DNA of 64,000 nt, taken from Phycisphaerales bacterium. GTDB taxonomy: Bacteria > Planctomycetota > Phycisphaerae > Phycisphaerales > UBA1924. Below, piece by piece: positions 57,519-64,000 of the stretch. The DNA is taken from contig JBOHNL010000004.1 in assembly GCA_050730655.1 (NCBI GenBank), forward strand, positions 109,703 to 173,702, written 5' to 3'. A model generated the notes under the pieces. The model saw only the letters and a list, made by a program, of their open reading frames with translations. It did not search any database and had not been told where the DNA came from. The stretch's first letter is position 1, and every line of letters starts with the position of its first letter. Position numbers and translations under genes: made by a program.

Positions 57519-58493
57519 TCAATCCTCGTCTGACTCGTCGTCGTTCTCCGCGCTGCCCGCCGGGGGTTCTCCAAAGAACGCCGATCCGATGCGAACGCAA
57601 TTCGCGCCTTCTTCGATCGCAACCTCGAAGTCGCCCGTCATGCCCATCGAGAGAATGTTGACCGGCCCTTCAACGACGCCGCTGGTGCGCAGTTCCTCGA
57701 AGAGTTCGCGGCAACGACCGAACGTGGCGCGGGAATCTTCGGGTTTTGCCGAGTGCGCCGCCATCGTCATCAGCCCGCGCACCTTTACGTTGATCATGGT
57801 GCCGATTTGTTCGGCGAGCGGGATCGCCGCGGGAATCGGGCAACCGAATTTCTGCTCTTCGCCCGAGCAGTTCACCTGAATCAGCACCTCAATCACGCGA
57901 TCTTTTCTGAGCGCGATGTTCTGCAGTTCTTCCGCGATGCGGAGCGAATCAACCGAGTGCGTCAGCCTCACCATATCGATCACCTTCTTCGCCTTGTTGC
58001 GCTGCAGGTGGCCGATCATGTGCCAGCGAACGGACGTATCCGAGGGCCCGGACGCGGCGCGTGACTTGCCGCCGTCCAGAAATGTCCCGGTCGGGACGGC
58101 GCGGCGCATGCTCGGGAGCGTGCGGAGCCTGGATTGAAACTCGTCCACCATGGCGGCCTGCTGGATCAGGTGCTGCACGCGATTCTCACCCAGATCGCGA
58201 TGCCCGAGCGAGAGGATCTCCCGAACCTGTTCCGGAAGCGCGTGTTTGGTGACGGCGACAACCAGAATGTCATTAAGTGTTCGGCCCGAACGTTTCGCAG
58301 CGGCCTCCACCCGAGATTTCACAAGGTCGTAGCGCTCGGCAAGAGTTGTGGGAAGTGGTTTCACGGCGGCAACGACCGGAACGACGACGGGGCGAACTTT
58401 GTTCACCTTTGGAGCAATCTTCGATACTTGTTTCGTCGCAACGGCAACGAGGGGCGCACTCTTGGTCCGGGTATCTGACTTGGTCTTGGTCAT
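57519..58493 (-). CDS. yggS: YggS-family PLP homeostasis protein with Lys/Val-rich N-terminal extension and acidic tail
   Basis: The ATG at 58493 is in frame with ORF 57519..59063. Contains LVVAVTK (PLP Lys), WHMIGHLQRNK and LSMGMTGDFEVAIEEGANCVRIGSAFFG. Confidence 0.85.
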   Translation of the reverse strand: MTKTKSDTRTKSAPLVAVATKQVSKIAPKVNKVRPVVVPVVAAVKPLPTTLAERYDLVKSRVEAAAKRSGRTLNDILVVAVTKHALPEQVREILSLGHRDLGENRVQHLIQQAAMVDEFQSRLRTLPSMRRAVPTGTFLDGGKSRAASGPSDTSVRWHMIGHLQRNKAKKVIDMVRLTHSVDSLRIAEELQNIALRKDRVIEVLIQVNCSGEEQKFGCPIPAAIPLAEQIGTMINVKVRGLMTMAAHSAKPEDSRATFGRCRELFEELRTSGVVEGPVNILSMGMTGDFEVAIEEGANCVRIGSAFFGEPPAGSAENDDESDED

Positions 58494-58637
58494 CTCGGCC
58501 TCCTGCCTTCGGTCCGGGTACGGTTTCCTTAAGAAACCGGCGGCTCCGCCGCTCTTGTGTAGCATATCGCGCCCGGATCGAGCGCAGGGCGGCGAAGAAT
58601 GGTTCACCCGCGCGACCGGCGTAGAGGAGCATTGGAA

Positions 58638-59123
58638 ATGAGCGATCAGACTGTTCGAGAGAAGATTATCGGGGAAGGCGAAATCGCCCCTGATTTCACG
58701 CTGAAGGACCAGGCCCGTCAGGATTGGAACCTGGCCGAGCACCTCAAAAAGGGCGACGTGGTGCTCTGTTTTTATCCTCTGGCGTTTACCAGCGTCTGCT
58801 CCACGGAGATGAAGTGCGTCAGCGACGAGATGGCCAAATGGTCGGCTCAGGGGGCCCAGGTCGTCGGGGTTTCCTGCGACAGCTTCGCCGTCCTCGCCGA
58901 ATGGGCCAAGCAGCTCGGGCTCAAGCAGATCCTGCTGGCCGACATGCATCGCGAGGTCTGCAAGCTTTACGGGCTCTACTGGAAGGACCTGAACGTTTCC
59001 CAGCGGGGCACGGTGGTCATCAGCCGCTCGAACGACGGCAAGGGCAAAGTGAAGTGGACGCAAAATCGTGAACCCGGGAAGGCCATGAACTTCGAAGAAG
59101 TTCTCGCCTGGTTGAGCCGTTAG
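58638..59123 (+). CDS. peroxiredoxin (AhpC/TSA family)
   Basis: APDFTL...VVLCFYPLAFTSVCSTE peroxidatic Cys motif. Confidence 0.85.
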   Translation: MSDQTVREKIIGEGEIAPDFTLKDQARQDWNLAEHLKKGDVVLCFYPLAFTSVCSTEMKCVSDEMAKWSAQGAQVVGVSCDSFAVLAEWAKQLGLKQILLADMHREVCKLYGLYWKDLNVSQRGTVVISRSNDGKGKVKWTQNREPGKAMNFEEVLAWLSR

Positions 59124-59162
59124 CGCTTTTCTCTGCCGAGGTCATTTAGAAAGGAATTCCGC

Positions 59163-60005
59163 TTGAGCCAGTGGATGACGATGGAATTGCCCGAGGTGCA
59201 GCAGCTGCGGCGCGACGTGGAAATGGCGAATCTCCAAATTCGCAAGCTGCATTCGCTCCTGATGAACACGCGCCGGCATGCGTTTACAGCGAGCGCTATG
59301 GCGAAGTGCGCGGCTTCGGGTCGTCCGGCGCGAGGCTTGGTCGAGTTCCACGCTCAGTTCGGAGAAGACTGCGTCCTTTACGAACTGTTCGAGGGAAAAC
59401 GCGAAGGCTTCTTCATTGAAGCCGGAGCGTTCAACGGAGTCGATTTCTCCGTCTCGTACGCGTTTGAGCAGCTCGGCTGGAATGGACTGCTGGTTGAGGC
59501 GATTCCCGAGCGCGCCGAAGAGTGCCGCAGGAACCGCCCACACGCGCAGGTGGCGCACGCAGCGATCGGCGCGCGAGGAGGGCCCGATTCGATCACGTTT
59601 GCATACACCGCCGACATGTACGGCGGCATGCTCTCGCATCGGGCGGACACGACCGATGCAACGTTTCCAGAGATCAGCCCGACCATTGCCCGCACCAACG
59701 TGACGGTTCCGATGACCACACTTGATGCCCTGTTGGAAAAGCACCAGGGACCGATCGACTTTGTGCTGCTCGATCTCGAAGGCGGAGAGGCGGCTGCACT
59801 TCAAGGCTTTGACCTGGCAAAGTACAAGCCGCGCGTTCTCATGATCGAAGATGGCAAGCTCGGCCAGAATTCCCCAATGTGCGAGTACATGAAGACGCAG
59901 CCGTACAAACATGTCGGATGGCTTGAAATCAACGCGATCTACATCCGGAACGAAGAAATCGGACTCATGAAGCGAAGTGAAAAGATGGCCGTTTTCGGCT
60001 GGTAG
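59163..60005 (+). CDS. FkbM-family methyltransferase with N-terminal coiled-coil
   Basis: FFIEAGAFNGVDFSVSYAFEQLGWNGLLVEA and LLDLEGGE motifs. Confidence 0.7.
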   Translation: MSQWMTMELPEVQQLRRDVEMANLQIRKLHSLLMNTRRHAFTASAMAKCAASGRPARGLVEFHAQFGEDCVLYELFEGKREGFFIEAGAFNGVDFSVSYAFEQLGWNGLLVEAIPERAEECRRNRPHAQVAHAAIGARGGPDSITFAYTADMYGGMLSHRADTTDATFPEISPTIARTNVTVPMTTLDALLEKHQGPIDFVLLDLEGGEAAALQGFDLAKYKPRVLMIEDGKLGQNSPMCEYMKTQPYKHVGWLEINAIYIRNEEIGLMKRSEKMAVFGW

Positions 60006-60055
60006 TCACGCAGCGCGATCACACACCTAGGTCTCTGACGCCCGTATCCTCGCGT

Positions 60056-61741
60056 ATGCCTTCGAATGTACCGTTGGTTCTGATCATCCGTGACGGCTGG
60101 GGAACCAACCCCAATCCCGAGCATGACGCCTTCAATGCGGTTCACCTCGCAAAGACGCCTGTCGCCGACCGTCTGATGAGCGAGTACCCGTGGACGCTCA
60201 TCAAGACCAGTGGTGAAGATGTCGGCCTCCCACCGGGCACGATGGGAAACAGCGAAGTCGGCCACCAGAACATCGGAGCAGGGCGCGTCGTGCCGCAGGA
60301 ATCGCTGGTCATGACCAAGGCCTGCGAGACGGGGCTGCACATCAATCCGGCAATCAAAGCCGCGATCGAGCATGCAGAATCCAAGGGCACGTCGCTTCAC
60401 CTGCTCGGGATCAATTCAGACGCCGGCGTGCACGGCTTGCTCGAGCATCTGTACGCAATTCTCGCTGCGTGCAAGAAAATCGGCCTTCCCGGCGCTCGCG
60501 TTTTCCTTCATATGTTCACAGACGGCCGCGATACCGGTCCGTTCACGGGTCTTGAATTCACGCGGCGGGTCGAGGCGAAGTGCCGCGAGCTCGGCGTCGG
60601 AAGGGTCGCCAGCGTCATGGGGCGCTACTACGCGATGGATCGCGACCATCGATGGGAACGCGTGAAACTCGCGTTTGATTGTCTGATCGGGCGCGGCTCG
60701 AGCAGCGCGGCGCCGAATGCGACCGCCGCGATTCAGCACTATTACGACAATCCCTCGGGCGAAACGCTCAAGGGCGACGAGTTTGTCACCCCCACCGCAA
60801 TCGGCGATACGTCGCAGATTTTCGCATCACGCATCAAGACCGGTGATGCCGTTCTCTTCTTCAACTACCGAGGCGATCGACCCCGCGAACTTTCCGCGGC
60901 GTTTGTATTTCCGAACGATCAATGGGCGAAGGTCAAGCCCTCTCCCGATACGGGCACGGTCGGTTTCGATCGCGGCACCAAGCTCGACTTGTTCTATGTC
61001 ACGATGACCGACTACTGGAGTGCGCTCACACCCCACGTTTCTGCGGTGGCATTCCCGAAGCCTCCCCGCATGACCAACATCGCGGGCGAGTGGATCGGCA
61101 AGCAGCTCGGCCGCGCCGGTCCCGAACGCCAGTTCCGCTGTGCCGAGACCGAAAAGTACCCGCACGTGACGTTCTTCTTCAACGACTATCGCGAGGAGCC
61201 ATTTCCCGGCGAGACCCGCGAGAATCCGCCGAGTCCGAAAGTGAAGACGTACGACATGAAGCCGGAAATGTCGGCGCGCGAGATCTGCGACGCAGTCCTC
61301 CGCCGCCTCGCGTCCAAGGACTGCGAAGAGTTCATCGTTGTTAACTTTGCGAACGCAGACATGGTCGGCCATACGGGCAGTCTGCCCGCGGCGATCAAAG
61401 CCTGCGAAACGGTGGATGCGTGCGTCGGTGAACTCGTGAACGCGACGCTGGCGCGAAACGGCTCGCTCATTGTCACTGCCGACCACGGCAACAGCGAACA
61501 AATGTTCGACCCCACGACAAACGCGCCGCACACGGCCCACACGACCTACGACGTCCCGCTGATCGTCGTCGGCAAGGGCTTGGAAGGCCAAACCTTGCGC
61601 GGCGACCAGAACGCCTCAGGCTGGTTTAAGCCCGAAATTCGTGCCGCTCGAGGCCGCCTGGCCGACATCCTTCCAACTGCGCTGAAAATGATGGATTTGC
61701 CCCAGCCGGCGGAGATGACCGGGCGTTCGCTGCTGAAGTGA
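60056..61741 (+). CDS. gpmI: 2,3-bisphosphoglycerate-independent phosphoglycerate mutase
   Basis: GNSEVGHQNIGAGRVV, FTDGRDT and ADHGN motifs. Confidence 0.93.
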   Translation: MPSNVPLVLIIRDGWGTNPNPEHDAFNAVHLAKTPVADRLMSEYPWTLIKTSGEDVGLPPGTMGNSEVGHQNIGAGRVVPQESLVMTKACETGLHINPAIKAAIEHAESKGTSLHLLGINSDAGVHGLLEHLYAILAACKKIGLPGARVFLHMFTDGRDTGPFTGLEFTRRVEAKCRELGVGRVASVMGRYYAMDRDHRWERVKLAFDCLIGRGSSSAAPNATAAIQHYYDNPSGETLKGDEFVTPTAIGDTSQIFASRIKTGDAVLFFNYRGDRPRELSAAFVFPNDQWAKVKPSPDTGTVGFDRGTKLDLFYVTMTDYWSALTPHVSAVAFPKPPRMTNIAGEWIGKQLGRAGPERQFRCAETEKYPHVTFFFNDYREEPFPGETRENPPSPKVKTYDMKPEMSAREICDAVLRRLASKDCEEFIVVNFANADMVGHTGSLPAAIKACETVDACVGELVNATLARNGSLIVTADHGNSEQMFDPTTNAPHTAHTTYDVPLIVVGKGLEGQTLRGDQNASGWFKPEIRAARGRLADILPTALKMMDLPQPAEMTGRSLLK

Positions 61742-61780
61742 GGTCGCCACCGACTCGACGCTCGCCGGTACGCTTGCTCC

Positions 61781-62920
61781 ATGAGCGACCCGCGACTGCA
61801 CAAACTCGCCGATGTCCTGGTGAACTATTCAGCGCGCGTGAAAAGGGGCGACCTCGTTGCCATCCGCGCCGATCCGATAGCCTGGCCGGCTGTCGAGGCC
61901 GCCTACATCGCCGTGCTGAAAGCCGGGGGCAATCCGTTTTACATTCCGCAGTCCGAGCGCGCCGGAGAGTTGCTGCTCGAGCATGGCTCGGACGAGCAAA
62001 TCCGATTTCTCAGCCCGCTTGATATGCATCGCATCGAGAACATCAACGTCGAGATCGCATTCTGGGCTGAGAGCAATACCAAATCGCTCTCACGTTTCCC
62101 GCCGGAGAGACTCGCGGCGAAGCAGGCGGCACGCAAGCCCTTCGTCAAACGTTTCCTCGAACGCGCCGCCGAGAAGAAAATACGCTGGGTCGGCACGCTG
62201 TTTCCGACAAATGCCTTCGCCCAAGACGCCGAGATGAGCCTCGCGCAGTACGAAGACTTCGTTTTCCGGGCAGGCCTGCTCCACCTCGCCGATCCCGCGG
62301 CCGAGTGGACCAGGATCAGCGAGCGCCAGCAGCGCGTTCGCGACTACCTGCAAAATAAGAAACAGGTCCACTTCCGCGTGCCGCCCAAAGACAATGATCA
62401 CGACGGCACCGACCTCCGAGTCGACGTCGCGAAATCAACCTGGATCAACTGCGACGGGCATGAGAACTTCCCCGATGGAGAAGTTTTCGCCGGCCCACAA
62501 GGCGTGGACGGGCACGTGAACTACACCTTTCCGGCGGTTTACTACGGGAAGGAAGTCGAAGGTGTCCGGCTCGAGTTCAAGGGCGGCAAGGTCGTCAACG
62601 CCAGCGCCAAGAAGGGCGAGGACTATCTCATCAAGATGCTCGATCAGGACGCCGGCGCTCGCGTGATGGGAGAGATCGCAATCGGCACAAACTATTCGAT
62701 CAAAGAGTTCTCCAAGAACACGCTCTTCGATGAGAAGATTGGGGGCACGTTCCACGCCGCGGTAGGCGCCGGGTATCCCGAGAGCGGCAGTTCCAACGAA
62801 AGCGGACTGCACTGGGACATGGTCTGCGACCTTCGTAGCGGCGGGACGATCGCGGCGGACGGTGAGATCTTCCACCGGAACGGGCGGTTTAGTCAGGCGG
62901 GTTGGCCGGGGCCCGACTGA
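61781..62920 (+). CDS. aminopeptidase, M29 (AmpS/PepS) family
   Basis: MSDPRLHKLADVLVNYSARVKRGDLVAI and GEIAIGTNY...HWDMV motifs. Confidence 0.85.
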   Translation: MSDPRLHKLADVLVNYSARVKRGDLVAIRADPIAWPAVEAAYIAVLKAGGNPFYIPQSERAGELLLEHGSDEQIRFLSPLDMHRIENINVEIAFWAESNTKSLSRFPPERLAAKQAARKPFVKRFLERAAEKKIRWVGTLFPTNAFAQDAEMSLAQYEDFVFRAGLLHLADPAAEWTRISERQQRVRDYLQNKKQVHFRVPPKDNDHDGTDLRVDVAKSTWINCDGHENFPDGEVFAGPQGVDGHVNYTFPAVYYGKEVEGVRLEFKGGKVVNASAKKGEDYLIKMLDQDAGARVMGEIAIGTNYSIKEFSKNTLFDEKIGGTFHAAVGAGYPESGSSNESGLHWDMVCDLRSGGTIAADGEIFHRNGRFSQAGWPGPD

Positions 62921-63129
62921 TCGTCCTTTGCCAATTCGCGCACGCTGTTTCTGATCTGCTCCGTCCCGGCTTCGAGAACGGAGAGACGCTTCTGCGCCTG
63001 CTGGAGCCGCGCGGATAGATCCTCGGCGACGGAGACGTACTCGTCCAGCCGGCGCTCCAGGAACGCGATTGACTCCTGGAGCTTCTGGATCTCATCCGCA
63101 CCTGACCCCGGTCTCGTAGGTTCGTTCAT
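62893..63129 (-). CDS. small coiled-coil protein, SlyX-like
   Basis: IQKLQESIAFLERRLDEYVSVAEDLSARLQQAQKRLSVLE resembles SlyX. The start could be 63198 or 63129. Confidence 0.4.
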   Translation of the reverse strand: MNEPTRPGSGADEIQKLQESIAFLERRLDEYVSVAEDLSARLQQAQKRLSVLEAGTEQIRNSVRELAKDDQSGPGQPA

Positions 63130-63181
63130 TCCGACATTCTTGCGTGACGAAGTGGTTCCGGCGTTGGTACGCTTGGCCATC

Positions 63182-63823
63182 ATGCGGATTCCTGCCATCG
63201 TCTCACTTTGCGTGCTCGCCTCTGCTTCTCGCGCCCAGGACTACTCGCTCGATGTGGCTCCCATTCCGTTCAACATGACGAACGCGACGGCTCGCGCCAT
63301 CGAGCCGGAAGAGCCCGCGAAGTCGGCTCCGATGCCGTTCGGGACGGCAGGCAACTCGTTGTTCTCGTTCGGTGCCGGCTTGGCGTACGCATCGAACGAT
63401 GAAGGGAGTTCGACAAACTCCAACGGCTACGTCGCCTGGAATTACTTCCTAATCAACGATCTCGAGTTTTCGCTCGAAGCAGGCCTGTGGTACTTCAATC
63501 AGCCGGGCCCGGATCAATGGGGTGGAAACGGCACAATGGCCTTTCGCTGGCATTTCGTGAACAAGAGGTCGTGGTCGCTCTTTCTCGAGGCGGGAATCGG
63601 ACTGCTTGGCGCGAGCGGCGAGGTTCCAACCGGCGGCACGAGCTTTGACTTCATGCCCCGCGCGGGCGGCGGATTCACGTACGAGTTCACGCCTGGCGGC
63701 CCGCGACTTCAAGCCGGCGTGCGCTGGTTTCACGTCTCGAATGCGCGAATCAACGGCGACTCAAACAATCCGGCGCGCGACGGCGTGATGGGCTTTGTCG
63801 GCCTGATGTTCCCATTGAATTGA
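63182..63823 (+). CDS. outer-membrane acyloxyacyl hydrolase / lipid A 3-O-deacylase (PagL)-like beta-barrel
   Basis: Signal peptide MRIPAIVSLCVLASASRAQ, alternating beta-strand pattern, a WFHVSNA His-Ser motif and a C-terminal aromatic MFPLN. Confidence 0.6.
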   Translation: MRIPAIVSLCVLASASRAQDYSLDVAPIPFNMTNATARAIEPEEPAKSAPMPFGTAGNSLFSFGAGLAYASNDEGSSTNSNGYVAWNYFLINDLEFSLEAGLWYFNQPGPDQWGGNGTMAFRWHFVNKRSWSLFLEAGIGLLGASGEVPTGGTSFDFMPRAGGGFTYEFTPGGPRLQAGVRWFHVSNARINGDSNNPARDGVMGFVGLMFPLN

Positions 63824-63841
63824 TAGGCGAAACGTCGCAGC

Positions 63842-64000
63842 TCAGCCCGCTTTGCGGAGCGACTCGGCGGGCGACACGGCGGGCCCACCACTGGCAAGCA
63901 GATCGGTGAGCACAACCTTGTTGCGCCCGGTCTTTTTCGCCGTGTAGAGGGCTTTGTCGGCGGCTTCAACCCAAACGGCTGCGCTCACGCCGATCGGCGT
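63842..64000 (-). CDS. C-terminal 52 aa of a GGDEF-domain diguanylate cyclase (gene continues past the right edge)
   Basis: Own translation gives ...TPIGVSAAVWVEAADKALYTAKKTGRNKVVLTDLL...RKAG*. AD.ALY.AK..GRN.V is the GGDEF C-terminal signature. Confidence 0.7.
   Translation of the reverse strand, partial: TPIGVSAAVWVEAADKALYTAKKTGRNKVVLTDLLASGGPAVSPAESLRKAG

Overview
High-GC (about 63-66% by eye) bacterial chromosomal segment. Gene content and protein style suggest Planctomycetota, possibly Phycisphaerae-like, but this is inference only. The window is overwhelmingly core or housekeeping. On the minus strand it carries an arginine cluster (argC-argB-argF-argG ... argH). It also holds ppx, two adjacent secreted Zn-proteases, tRNA-Gly(GCC), a dsbD-like gene, an isolated fliM, and the nusA-infB-DUF503-rbfA operon. 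Further along are a 1245-aa TPR lipoprotein, yebC, queG, a TMEM175-type channel, kynA-kynU, a csp-histidine kinase pair and rpsO-pnp. The last third holds a class-I aminotransferase, scpA, kdsD followed by a 1036-aa LptC/LptA-like protein, and an orphan nuoC. It ends with a TolB-like propeller, a Xer recombinase, yggS, a peroxiredoxin, gpmI, an M29 aminopeptidase, a PagL-like deacylase and the tail of a GGDEF protein. I see no CRISPR array, transposase or IS, prophage, toxin-antitoxin pair or recognisable defence system. The most unusual signals are non-coding. (1) A strictly periodic GA-rich repeat/hairpin array, bracketed by a duplicated 53-nt hairpin, lies upstream of argH (2003-2690). (2) A perfect 26-bp inverted repeat sits inside the arg operon. 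(3) A near-consensus promoter drives about 360 nt of structured RNA where rimP is expected, upstream of nusA. (4) A 790-bp lower-GC orphan region (43966-44755) has its own terminator and an SD-preceded mini-ORF. Protein-level curiosities are a shared Cys-bracketed dockerin-like tail on the two proteases, the giant Lpt-like protein next to kdsD, an EndoIII-like HhH protein coupled to rbfA, and a possibly frameshifted lipoprotein in a low-GC patch. CDS coordinates were checked against the ORF track. Small-motif coordinates were read by eye and may be off by 1-2 nt. All family calls come from motif recognition, not from database searches.
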